A stretch of DNA of 21,789 nt, from the NCBI GenBank assembly GCA_044229145.1, contig JBGATO010000076.1:1-21789 (forward strand). Direction: 5' to 3'. Positions 8,901 to 16,770 of the stretch are shown in pieces; positions within the stretch are counted from its first letter, which is position 1; every line of letters begins with the position of its first letter. Position numbers and translations under genes: made by a program. The DNA comes from Candidatus Eiseniibacteriota bacterium (GTDB lineage: Bacteria > Eisenbacteria > RBG-16-71-46 > CAZEPH01). The notes below the pieces were generated by a model. It ran no database searches, was not told where the DNA came from, and was given only the letters and a program-made list of their open reading frames with translations.

Positions 8901-9014
8901 GCCGACAGGGGAAACGACGGCGACGATGACAGACAGCACCGCTGCCGCGCCTCGCGCAAGCCGAGCAAACAGCGAGCGCGTTGCAACAGGGTGGTTCCAC
9001 GCGTGGGCCATCAT
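5955..9014 (-). CDS. Secreted YD-repeat / IPT-TIG / pre-peptidase C-terminal (PPC)-like repeat protein (1019 aa)
   Basis: Signal peptide ending near VGA-AV; YTYDEVGRLVGV...YVYDSAGNI hairpin; two IPT/TIG motifs (FTPNRGAVGASVTIYGTGF, FTPSVGVFGTAVTINGTNF); repeated RYTFSG..GQ...LPxxGTY modules. GGAAAGG SD-like sequence upstream and an ATGA overlap with the upstream gene. Confidence 0.88.
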   Translation of the reverse strand: MMAHAWNHPVATRSLFARLARGAAAVLSVIVAVVSPVGAAVDYTYDEVGRLVGVYAPSGEAAQYVYDSAGNIVEIKRFSAGELAVVEFTPNRGAVGASVTIYGTGFSATVANNAVRFNGVAATISSATPTKLVAVVPASATTGRVTVTVGTTTATSLTDFIVAPNAGAPTITGFTPSVGVFGTAVTINGTNFDPSPASNGAHFNGLYSEVSASTASQLMTSVPAYATSGKIRVTTPLGATTSSADFFVPPGTLTAADVVATGRLAVNGASLPINIAMAGKVALVVFDGAAGDWLSLQFSGVTASSGTVSLVLYDPRGAVVDSASVNATALSGHLRELAMAGTYTVMLSAGTGTASFSLAIKSAPTLAVNGAAQAIPAVLPYQSARIRFAGTSGQNLGLAMTAITQAPASGYATSLYVYKPDRSLLQQPIGCRLSDPGPACQTNLSNLPATGNYGIVVVPPAGSVAGGSLVLSSDLTGTLANGTAVSVNIARAGQNARYTFSGTVGQLVGVQLAQLATVPATIVTYLTLRNPDGTVLATTHSALGANNDGAIVSATLPTTGTYSVSVDPEYAATAAFSLTRNPVGDLIADGASLNVSTTVPGLGRHLSFVATAGQNLGLGLRGMTQTPNSGYSNVVYVYKPDRTLLLQPVGCRVSDPDGGCEVNLTNLPQSGTYSVILIPGGGGTLAGTLTLSSDATGTLSSGVPSSVNLTRAGQNTRYTFSGSAGQLVGVQLAQMTTVPATVGGYLTLLKPDGTILATTSTALGANNDGAVLSATLPTAGTYTVVVDPAYGATASFTLTLNPAGDLLADGASLNVSTTVPGLGRHLSFVATAGQNLGLGLRGMTQTPNSGYSNVVYVYKPDRTLLLQPVGCRVSDPDGGCQVNLTNLPQSGTYSMILIPGGGGTLAGTLTLSSDAIGTLASGLPTGVNLTRAGQNARYTFSATAGETAVVAITNLVTAPPSQLVLATVLKPDGTQQASQSSTATGLTMNLGALATTGVYTLVIDPYYGATVSMTVVKTP
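6193..7800. repeat. Intragenic tandem repeat with a 660-bp (220-aa) period, about 2.5 copies
   Basis: CTGAACGTGTAGCGCG recurs at 6193, 6853 and 7513. The segments 6193-6602 and 6853-7262 are near-identical (6421-6540 = 7081-7200); the third copy is more diverged. Confidence 0.9.
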
Positions 9015-10132
9015 CGTCCTTTCCCGACCTCCGGTCGCGCGAACGTCCGCCTCTCCGACAAGCCGACTTGCAGCCTGAGGGCCGGGACATTCGCGGCCGT
9101 TGGCGGCGAGTAGCGGTCATCGGTCAGGGACTCGAGAAACGCAACAAGGTCCGCCTGTTCCGCCGTAGTGATTGCCATCGGTTGGCCGCGTTCGCGTCCG
9201 CGGTAATAGAGTTCCTGTGCGAGCGCATCCGCGAGCGTGCGCGCACTGCCATCGTGAAAGTACGGTGCGGTCACGGCCACGTTGCGCAGACCCGGCGTGC
9301 GGTACTTTCCGATGTCCGCCGGGTCGCGGGTGACCAGGAATCGTCCCAGGGCCGCGATCTCGGGATCCGTGGCTATCAGCAGTTCGAGCTGTTCATGCGT
9401 GGCCGCCCGCACTTCGGTGACGAGCGCTGCAAGCCTGGATGCGATCCGTTCCGAGCCGACGCCAACCGCGTGGAACTCGTTGTCGGTGAAGGTCGGTCGC
9501 TCACCGTCGATGCGATGGCACCGTGCGCATCCCGCAACGCCCCGGAACACTTCGAAGCCCCGGCGCGCCGAACCGGAAATTGCAGCGGAGTCGCCGGCTC
9601 GCCAACGATCGAAGGGCGAGGCTTCCGTGCGCAACGACTCAATGTATGCCACGAGCGCGCTTCCTATCGCCGAAGACGTTAGCGGATCGTCCAGACCGGC
9701 ATCGGAAAACGCCTTCCGATAGCCTTCGTTGCGCAATACGAGTTCGACGACGATCCTCGGTCCGGCAAGCGCGTGCTCGCGAGGGTGGCTCAATGCCAGC
9801 GCAACCTGGTCGGACAGCGTGCCTGTCCGCCCGTCCCACGCGAGCGCCGGACGTTGCGCGACGTCCAGCAGCGATGGAGCGTTGCGCGTACCCTGGAGTC
9901 CGAACGCTCCCGACGAGACTGGCCGTCCGTCCGCGAACGCGCGCCCTGGCTGGTGGCAGGTCGCGCACGCGACCTTGCCGTCCGCCGAAAGCGCGACATC
10001 GAAGAACAGCAACTTGCCGACGTTTGCCAGCGGCGAGGCCCCCACAATGGAAGCCGTCGCCAATGCTGCAAGGAGCAACCCGCCAAGCCCCGATCGCAGC
10101 GACTTGCTCGGGGCCTTGGTGCGCTTCTCCAT
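9011..10132 (-). CDS. Di-heme cytochrome c peroxidase / MauG-family protein, exported
   Basis: Two heme-binding motifs, CATCH and CARCH, plus family motifs GKLLFFD, RNAPSL, WDGR and TPGLRNVAVTAPYFHDGS, and an N-terminal hydrophobic signal. ATG 10132 is preceded by GGGGGG (the ORF track starts at 10150). Confidence 0.92.
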   Translation of the reverse strand: MEKRTKAPSKSLRSGLGGLLLAALATASIVGASPLANVGKLLFFDVALSADGKVACATCHQPGRAFADGRPVSSGAFGLQGTRNAPSLLDVAQRPALAWDGRTGTLSDQVALALSHPREHALAGPRIVVELVLRNEGYRKAFSDAGLDDPLTSSAIGSALVAYIESLRTEASPFDRWRAGDSAAISGSARRGFEVFRGVAGCARCHRIDGERPTFTDNEFHAVGVGSERIASRLAALVTEVRAATHEQLELLIATDPEIAALGRFLVTRDPADIGKYRTPGLRNVAVTAPYFHDGSARTLADALAQELYYRGRERGQPMAITTAEQADLVAFLESLTDDRYSPPTAANVPALRLQVGLSERRTFARPEVGKGR

Positions 10133-10247
10133 ACCCCCCGGCCCCCGCACTCGGTGTCGTTGTCAGGCGCGCCCGGTGGATCGGGCACAGATGAGGCCAA
10201 GCGACGGTCCACCGCCCACGAGCCCGATGCCGCTTGTTGTCGGATAC

Positions 10248-10276
10248 ACTTTGTCGATGCGGCGACGCATTGTCAA
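10248..10276 (-). promoter_or_regulatory. Candidate sigma70 promoter for the peroxidase-YD/IPT-Rhs operon
   Basis: Perfect TTGACA (10276-10271), a 17-nt spacer, then a weak -10 CAAAGT (10253-10248), about 115 nt upstream of ATG 10132. Confidence 0.4.
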
Positions 10277-10576
10277 TCGCCGTCCAGCGACTCGCCAGGG
10301 GGAAGGCCTACCCCTCCGAAAGCCTGAGTTCCGCGACGTCGATGGGTTCCGCCCGGGACAACGCGGCGCAGGTGACGCGCAGCGCCTGTCAATGTGGTCG
10401 GGAGGAAGCCGTCGCGTCCTGCCCGATCAGGCGGACTACGATCGCGCGGTCGCAGGCCCGCGTATCGTTGTGCGGATTCTCGCGCTGACGCAAATCGTCA
10501 GTGACCGCAACTCGAGTGACCGCAGCAACGGCTGGTCCACCACGAGCCCACTGCGTCGTGACCCGCCTCGCCGGCT

Positions 10577-10867
10577 TCAGGGCGCGACGCGCTGCCAGGT
10601 CCCGATGTTGCGCGCGGCGATCATCGGCTGCGTGGCGGCGGCGAATGCCTTGAAGTGCGGGGTCGCGAGGTGCGCGTCGAACGCCGCGCGGTCGTCGTAG
10701 AGTTCGTAGAGGAACACCACGCCGGGCCGGGCCGGGTCGGCGCAGACGTCGAACTGCCGGCAGCCCGGCTCGTCGGTGCGCGAGCGGCGCGCGTTCTCGA
10801 CCATCAGCGGCAGGAACGCGTCCCACTGGCCGGGCGCGATCGTGAACTCGACGGTGACGACGTACAT
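10577..10867 (-). CDS. ABM-domain protein (putative quinol monooxygenase / LsrG-like)
   Basis: 96 aa with EPGCRQFDV...FLYELY...AFDAHLATPHF, typical of the ABM family; GGAG SD upstream. Confidence 0.85.
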   Translation of the reverse strand: MYVVTVEFTIAPGQWDAFLPLMVENARRSRTDEPGCRQFDVCADPARPGVVFLYELYDDRAAFDAHLATPHFKAFAAATQPMIAARNIGTWQRVAP

Positions 10868-10876
10868 CGCGGACTC

Positions 10877-11509
10877 CTACGAGGGAAAGACCGATTCGAT
10901 CTCGGCAACCTGCGCCGGCGTAAGCAGCGACACGGCGCGCTCGCCCAACAGCAGCACGAGCTTCGCCGTCTGCTCCAGCTCCTCGGCCGCGTCGACGGCG
11001 TCGTCGAGCGAGCGGCCGGACACGACCGGCCCGTGGTTGGCGAGCAGCACGGCGCGGTGCTTCGCGGCCGCGGCGCCGACCGCCTGCGCGAGCGCGCGGT
11101 CGCCGGGGCGGTAGTACGGCAGCAGCGGCAGCGTGCCGACGCGCATCACGTGGTAGGCGGTCAGCGGCGGCAGCACGTTGCGCGGGTCGTCGTGCACGAG
11201 GCACGAGACGGCGACCGCGCACGTGCAGTGCAGGTGGACGATCGCGTGCGCGGCCGGCCGCGCCGCGTACATCGCGAGGTGCAGGAACGCCTCCTTCGAC
11301 GGCGGGTCGCCGGACACCGGCTTGCCGTCGGGCGCGACCTTCGCGAGCCGCGCCGGGTCGAGGCGGCCGAGGCTCGATCCGGTCGGCGTGACCAAAATGC
11401 CATCGGGGAGCCGCACCGACAGGTTGCCCGAGCTGCCGTGCGCGTAGCCGCGGTCGTACAGGGAGCGGCCGCGCTCGGCCAGCGCATCGCGCAGCGTGTT
11501 CTCGTTCAC
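10877..11509 (-). CDS. otnC: Class II aldolase family, 3-oxo-tetronate 4-phosphate decarboxylase
   Basis: Motifs GSSGNLS, TPTGSSLG, PSKEAFLH, VHLH, LLANHGPVV, AEELEQTAKL. The GTG start overlaps the otnK stop (GTGA). This is the C-terminal 210 aa of the 557-aa ORF in the track. Confidence 0.85.
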   Translation of the reverse strand: MNENTLRDALAERGRSLYDRGYAHGSSGNLSVRLPDGILVTPTGSSLGRLDPARLAKVAPDGKPVSGDPPSKEAFLHLAMYAARPAAHAIVHLHCTCAVAVSCLVHDDPRNVLPPLTAYHVMRVGTLPLLPYYRPGDRALAQAVGAAAAKHRAVLLANHGPVVSGRSLDDAVDAAEELEQTAKLVLLLGERAVSLLTPAQVAEIESVFPS

Positions 11510-12756
11510 AGCGCCTCCGTGGCCTTGGCGAAGAAGTCCTCCGCCCCGAAGTTGCCCGACTTCAGCGCCAGCCACAACGGGTCGCCGCCGACCGCGCGCG
11601 TCCACGGCACGCCGGGGTCGATCTCGGGGCCGATCGCCAGCGCGCGCACGTGAAGCGCCTCGACCACCGCGCCGGAGGTTTCGCCGCCCGCGACGACGAA
11701 CGCACGCACGCCGGCGCCGGCGAGCGCGCGCGCGATCGCACGGAACGCGTCCTCGACCACGGTGGCCGCACGCTCGCGGCCGAGCGCCGCCTGCGCGGCC
11801 GCGACCTCGGCCGGCGCCGCGGTCGCGTACACCAGCACCGGCCCGCGGGCGCATGCGCGGCGCGTCGCGCGCGGCGCCGCTACCGCGGCGGGATCGGCGG
11901 CGAGCACGACCGGGTCGAGCCTGCAAACCGGGCACGGTGCGCAGCGCGTGCGCGACCTGCGGCGCGTGGCCTCGGAGCAGCTGCCCGACAGCCACGCGAC
12001 CCGGGTGCCGGCGTCCGGCCGCGCGTAGCCGCCGGCGCCGCCGCCTGCCTGCGTGCGCAGCGCGCGCGCGAGTCCGATCGCGAGCCCGGCGCCGCCGGTG
12101 GTCAGCGCGCCGTCGACGCACGCGGCGCCGGCGGCGGTCAGGTGCTCGTCGCGCGTCGCGTCGACGATCGCGTGCCCGCAGCCGTCGCGTTCGAGCGCGG
12201 CGAGCCGCGCGCGCACCGCGTCGGCGCCGGCGTCCAGCGTCTCGGCGGCGACGAGCCCCACGGCGCGCGTCGCCTGCGCGCCGAGCACGCGCACGAGATT
12301 CGAGTCGGTCATCGGCGTCAACGGATGCTCGCGCATGCCGGTGTCGGACAGCAGCAGGTCGCCGACGAACAGGTGGCCGCGGTAGACGGTCCGCTGGTTG
12401 CGCGGGTACGCCGGCGTGGCCGGCACGATGCCCGCACCCGCCGCCGCGGCCAGCGCCTCGGTCACCGGCCCGATGTTGCCGCGCGGCGTGGAGTCGAACG
12501 TCGAGCAGTACTTGAAGTAGACGCGCTCTCCGCCGCGCGCGCGCAGCCACGCGTGCGCGGCGAGCGACTGCGCGACGGCTTCGGCCGCGGGAATCGTCCG
12601 CGACTTGAGCGCCACCACGACGGCGTCGACCGCCGGCACCGCGAAGTCGGCGGGAGGAACGCCGTTGACCTGGACGACCGCAAGCCCCTCGCGCGCGAGG
12701 TTCACGCCCAGGTCCGTGGCGCCGGTCAGGTCGTCTGCGATGCAGCCGATGAGCAC
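11506..12756 (-). CDS. otnK: Four-carbon acid sugar kinase (DUF1537), 3-oxo-tetronate kinase
   Basis: Motifs GCIADDLTGATD, ALKSRT, YFKYCSTFDSTPRGNIGPV, HPLTPMTDSNL, SGSCS, VAGGETSG, LALKSGNFG. A locally frameshifted stretch is likely at ~11845-11965. Confidence 0.9.
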   Translation of the reverse strand: MLIGCIADDLTGATDLGVNLAREGLAVVQVNGVPPADFAVPAVDAVVVALKSRTIPAAEAVAQSLAAHAWLRARGGERVYFKYCSTFDSTPRGNIGPVTEALAAAAGAGIVPATPAYPRNQRTVYRGHLFVGDLLLSDTGMREHPLTPMTDSNLVRVLGAQATRAVGLVAAETLDAGADAVRARLAALERDGCGHAIVDATRDEHLTAAGAACVDGALTTGGAGLAIGLARALRTQAGGGAGGYARPDAGTRVAWLSGSCSEATRRRSRTRCAPCPVCRLDPVVLAADPAAVAAPRATRRACARGPVLVYATAAPAEVAAAQAALGRERAATVVEDAFRAIARALAGAGVRAFVVAGGETSGAVVEALHVRALAIGPEIDPGVPWTRAVGGDPLWLALKSGNFGAEDFFAKATEAL

Positions 12757-12763
12757 GATGGCC

Positions 12764-14047
12764 TCACTGGACCAGCCGCCACACGACCGTGGTCAGCGAC
12801 GGCACGTAGGTGATGACGAACAGCGCGGCGATCGCCGCGACCAGCAGCGGCCACAGCGCGCGCGTGATCTCGCCGATGCCCGCCTTGGCGAGCTTCGCCG
12901 CGACGAACAGCGTGCCGCCCACCGGCGGCGTGTACAGCGCGATCGCGAGGTTCGCGGTCATGACCACGCCCAGGTGCACGAGGTCGACGTTGAAGGTCTT
13001 CGCGAGCGGCAGCAGCAGCGGCGCGGTCAGCAGCAGCGCCGGCAGCGGCTCGATGAAGATGCCGAGCAGGAGCAGGATCACGTTGACCAGCAGCAGGAAC
13101 ATCCACGGCTCGCTCGCGACCAGCCTGATCCACGCCGCCATCTGCACGGCGACCTGCTCGGCGGTGATCAGCCACGCGAGCGCGCCGGTGGCGCCGATGA
13201 CCAGCATCACGGTCGCGCTGGTCTGGAACGCGTTGACGAGGAGCCGCGGCAGGTCGCGCACGGTGATGTCGCGGTAGAGCACGAGCGACACGACGACGCC
13301 GTAGACGACGGCCACCGCCGCCGACTCGGTCGGCGTGAAGAAGCCCGACCAGATGCCTCCCACGATGATGAGCGGCATCAGCAGCGCCGGCCCGGCGGCG
13401 CGCGTGGCCGTCCACACCTCGCGGGCCGACAGCCGAGCGTCGCCACTGTCGCAGCCGGTGCGCCGGCCGTGCCAGACGCACACGGCCATCAGCGCGACCG
13501 CGGCGATCAGCCCGGGCACGATGCCGGCCATCGACAGCTGCCGCATCGACACGCCCGAGATGAACGCGTAGACGAGGAACGGGATCGACAGCGGCATCAG
13601 GAGCGCCAGCGTACCGGCGACCGCCAGCAGCGCCGCCGCGAAGCCGCGCGAATAGCCGCGCTGGACCATCGCCGGGATCACCAGCGAGCCGATCGCCGCG
13701 GTGTCGGCGATCGCCGAGCCGGACACGCCGCCGAACATGAGGCACGAGGCGACCGTCACCACGCCGAGCCCGCCCGGCAGGAACCCGAGCAGAGAGCGCG
13801 CGAAGTCGACGATCCGCCGGCCGACGCCGCCGGACGACAGGATCTCGCCGGCGAATATGAACAGCGGCACCGCGATCAGGATGAAGGGCTCGACGCCGCC
13901 GATGAACGACAGGAAGATCGTCTCCAGCGGGTGCGAGAGGCCGGCCACGACGATGACGCCGATCGTGGTGCCGAGGAGCGCATAGAGCAGCGGCACGCCG
14001 GCGAGCGCCAGCCCGAAGAACACGAGGAAGAGCGTGGCGGCGAGCAT
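12764..14047 (-). CDS. dctM: TRAP transporter large permease
   Basis: 427-aa polytopic membrane protein with AVPLFIFAGEI, FGGVSGSAIAD, GFFTPTESAAVA and YTPPVG motifs. Confidence 0.93.
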   Translation of the reverse strand: MLAATLFLVFFGLALAGVPLLYALLGTTIGVIVVAGLSHPLETIFLSFIGGVEPFILIAVPLFIFAGEILSSGGVGRRIVDFARSLLGFLPGGLGVVTVASCLMFGGVSGSAIADTAAIGSLVIPAMVQRGYSRGFAAALLAVAGTLALLMPLSIPFLVYAFISGVSMRQLSMAGIVPGLIAAVALMAVCVWHGRRTGCDSGDARLSAREVWTATRAAGPALLMPLIIVGGIWSGFFTPTESAAVAVVYGVVVSLVLYRDITVRDLPRLLVNAFQTSATVMLVIGATGALAWLITAEQVAVQMAAWIRLVASEPWMFLLLVNVILLLLGIFIEPLPALLLTAPLLLPLAKTFNVDLVHLGVVMTANLAIALYTPPVGGTLFVAAKLAKAGIGEITRALWPLLVAAIAALFVITYVPSLTTVVWRLVQ

Positions 14048-14053
14048 CGGCGT

Positions 14054-14560
14054 TCAGGCGGGCCAGCGCGCCTCGCGCGGATCGCCGCGGGCGATGCGCA
14101 CGAGGTCCCAGCCTATCCACACCAGCATCGCGAGGCAGCCGACCGGCATGCCCGCGTACTGGACCGACATCGGGATCTGCAGCACGGTGAGCTCGTTGGT
14201 CCAGCCGGTGACGGCGAGGCTGACGCCGTACCAGACCAGCGCGGCGAGGATCGCCAGCGCGAAGACGTCGACCGCCGCGTCGGCGGCGCGGCGGGCGCCG
14301 CCCGTGAGCTTGTCGATAAACTCGGTGATCGTCATCTGCGCGCCGCGGCGCGTCGCGCAGGCGCCGCCCAGGAACGTCACCCACACCATCAGCAGCTCGG
14401 CCAGCTCGGTCACCCACGCGAGGTCCTTGTGGACGACGTGCAGCAGCACGTTGACGAACACCAGCGTGATCCTCGTCGCGCCGATCGCCACCACCGTCCA
14501 GTCGACCACGGCGCCGAAGACCGCGAGCGGCCGCGGCGCCGGCGGCGCGGGGGGCAGCAT
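14054..14560 (-). CDS. dctQ: TRAP transporter small permease
   Basis: Four hydrophobic segments and WVTELAELLMVWVTFLG motif, located between dctP and dctM. The start is uncertain. Confidence 0.85.
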   Translation of the reverse strand: MLPPAPPAPRPLAVFGAVVDWTVVAIGATRITLVFVNVLLHVVHKDLAWVTELAELLMVWVTFLGGACATRRGAQMTITEFIDKLTGGARRAADAAVDVFALAILAALVWYGVSLAVTGWTNELTVLQIPMSVQYAGMPVGCLAMLVWIGWDLVRIARGDPREARWPA

Positions 14561-14644
14561 CTCCCGCGCCGGCCGGCCGCCGCGCCGGTCACGCGGCGCG
14601 TGCTGGCCCGCGCGCCGGCGTCCAGGTCGTCCGCGGCCGCGGCG

Positions 14645-15658
14645 TCACTTCGCCGGATTCGCCTTGCGGATCGCGTCGGCATCGGCGAGGATCGCGTCGA
14701 CGTCGGCGCCGAACTTCTCCTTGGCCTTCGCGTAGGCCGGCTGCACCGAGTCGCGGAACGGCGCGAGAGCCGGCCGGCCGATCCTGGCACCCTTGGTCTG
14801 CATGTCGGCGAGCTGCGCGTTCTCGGCGGCGCGCACCTCCTTGCGGCTCCAGTCTGCCGCCTCCTTCGCCGCCTTGGTGATCGCGTCGCGGTCCGCCGGC
14901 GAGAGCTTCTGCCAGGTCTTCTCGGAGATCGTCAGCGGGATCGGGCTGTAGGTGTGCTGGGTCAGCGTGACGTTCGGCGCGACCTCGTAGAACTTGTTCG
15001 AGTAGATCGTGTCGATCGGGTTCTCCTGACCGGCCACCGCGCCCTGCTGGATCGCGAGGTACACCTCGGGCAGCGGCATGATCTGCACGTTGAAGCCCAT
15101 CGACTCCAGCGTCCAGCGCATCATCTCGTTCGGGAACGTGCGCAGCTTCTTGCCCTTGGCGTCGGCCGGCGAGTTGAGCGCGTCCTTGGTCGTCATGCTG
15201 CGGAACCCGGCCTCGAAGTTCGACAGGAAGCGGAAGCCCTTCTCGGGCCCCTTCGCGAACTGCGCCTGCATCCACTTCGAGTCGTCGTAGAGCTTCCAGC
15301 CCTGGTCGTAGGTCTCGACCAGGTACGGCAGCGCGGTCAGGTTGAGCGTCGGGATGTGCGTCGCGTAGGTGCCGGTGCCGGACACCGTGAAGTCGATGCC
15401 GCCCAGCTGCAGCTGCTCGACGGCCTTCGGGTCGTTGGCGAGCTGGCTCGCCGGGAACACCTGCACCTTGTAGCGGCCGCCCGTGTACTGCTCGACCTTC
15501 TGGCCGAAGAGCTCGGCGGCCTTCTGGCGCAGCCCGCCGGGCTGGTCGGTGTGGCTGAACTTGAGCGTCGTCTGCGCGAGCGCGGGGGCGCCGATGCCGA
15601 GCGCCGCGGCGAGCGCGGCGGCGAGCGTGACCTGCCGGACGAAATGCCTGCGTTGCAT
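14645..15658 (-). CDS. dctP: TRAP transporter substrate-binding protein
   Basis: Signal peptide (MQRRHFV..., twin-arginine-like), VFPASQL, GFRSMT, KGKKLR, EVYLAIQQGAVAGQENP; GGAGGAG SD upstream. Confidence 0.94.
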   Translation of the reverse strand: MQRRHFVRQVTLAAALAAALGIGAPALAQTTLKFSHTDQPGGLRQKAAELFGQKVEQYTGGRYKVQVFPASQLANDPKAVEQLQLGGIDFTVSGTGTYATHIPTLNLTALPYLVETYDQGWKLYDDSKWMQAQFAKGPEKGFRFLSNFEAGFRSMTTKDALNSPADAKGKKLRTFPNEMMRWTLESMGFNVQIMPLPEVYLAIQQGAVAGQENPIDTIYSNKFYEVAPNVTLTQHTYSPIPLTISEKTWQKLSPADRDAITKAAKEAADWSRKEVRAAENAQLADMQTKGARIGRPALAPFRDSVQPAYAKAKEKFGADVDAILADADAIRKANPAK

Positions 15659-15682
15659 GGTGCTCTCCTCCCTGGGTTGCGG

Positions 15683-16759
15683 TCAGGCGTGCGCGGCGGC
15701 GGGGACCGCGTCCGGCCGCAGCGGATCGAACGAAGCGAGCTCGATGCGGCGATGCGTCGCCGCCGAGCGGTAGACGGCCTCCTGCACGCGCAGGTTGGCG
15801 AGGTAGTCGCGCGCGGTGTTCTCGAGCGGCGCGCCGGCGGTGAAGTGCGCGACGACGTGCCGCTGCAGCCACTCGCACGCGCCGCCGCCGAACGTGTCGT
15901 CCGGGCCGGCGTCGTAGACGTGCGCGGCCTCGGGGCCGTGGTGCGGCTTCCACCACAGCCGCGCGTCGCCGTCGAGGCGCAGCACGCCGCCCGAGCCCTC
16001 GAGCCACGCCTCGCCCATCGTGCGCCGCGGGTTGGCGGCCACGTGGTCGTTCAGCCGGTTGCCGTCGAAAAGTCCCGTGGCGCCGGACGCGAACTCGAAC
16101 ACGATGAAGCCGGCGTCCTCGCCGGCGATCGCCGGGTTCACGCGGCGCAGCGCCGCGTACACGGCGCGCACGTCGCCCATCAGGTAGCGGAACGTGTCGA
16201 TCCAGTGGATCGCCGTCTCCTTGACCAGGAACAGTGGCATCTGCTGGAAGTACGGCTGCCGGTCGAGGTAGGCGCGCGGGCCCTGGCCGTCGCCGGGCCG
16301 CAGCCGGAACGCGACGCTGTGCAGCGCGCCCAGCGTGCCGGCGCCGATCAGCCGCTTCGCCTCGCGGTACCACGGCTCCCAACGGAAGTTCTCGTGGACC
16401 ACCAGCGGCACGCCGGCGGCCTCGGCCGCCTCGGTGATCGCCACGGCGTCGGCGTAGTCGACGCCGAAGGGCTTCTGGCAGATCGCCGGGATCCGCCGCG
16501 CGACGCAGCGCGCGACGTAGTCGCGGTGCGTCTCCGGCGACGTGATGATGTCGACGAGATCCGGTCGTGCGGCGTCGAGCGCCTCGTCGAGATTGCCGTA
16601 GACGGCAGGAATGCCGAAGCGGTCGGCCATCGCCCGCGCCTTGGCCGTGTCGCGGTTGACGATGCCCACGCACTCGACCTCGGCGATGTTGCGCCAGCCC
16701 AGGTACTGGAACTGGCTGAAGTAGCCGGCGCCGACGCCCAGGACCCGCAGCTTTGCCAT
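15683..16759 (-). CDS. Gfo/Idh/MocA family oxidoreductase (D-apiose dehydrogenase-like)
   Basis: MAKLRVLGVGAGYF Rossmann start, ICQKPF, VHENFRW, IHWIDTFRYL; GGAGG SD. This is the C-terminal 358 aa of the 748-aa ORF in the track. Confidence 0.88.
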   Translation of the reverse strand: MAKLRVLGVGAGYFSQFQYLGWRNIAEVECVGIVNRDTAKARAMADRFGIPAVYGNLDEALDAARPDLVDIITSPETHRDYVARCVARRIPAICQKPFGVDYADAVAITEAAEAAGVPLVVHENFRWEPWYREAKRLIGAGTLGALHSVAFRLRPGDGQGPRAYLDRQPYFQQMPLFLVKETAIHWIDTFRYLMGDVRAVYAALRRVNPAIAGEDAGFIVFEFASGATGLFDGNRLNDHVAANPRRTMGEAWLEGSGGVLRLDGDARLWWKPHHGPEAAHVYDAGPDDTFGGGACEWLQRHVVAHFTAGAPLENTARDYLANLRVQEAVYRSAATHRRIELASFDPLRPDAVPAAAHA

Positions 16760-16770
16760 CGTCGCCTCCG

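Noticed and set aside
9729..10700. 323-aa and other ORFs spanning the 10.1-10.6 kb gap
   Set aside because: They overlap real genes on the opposite strand and show no recognisable motifs.
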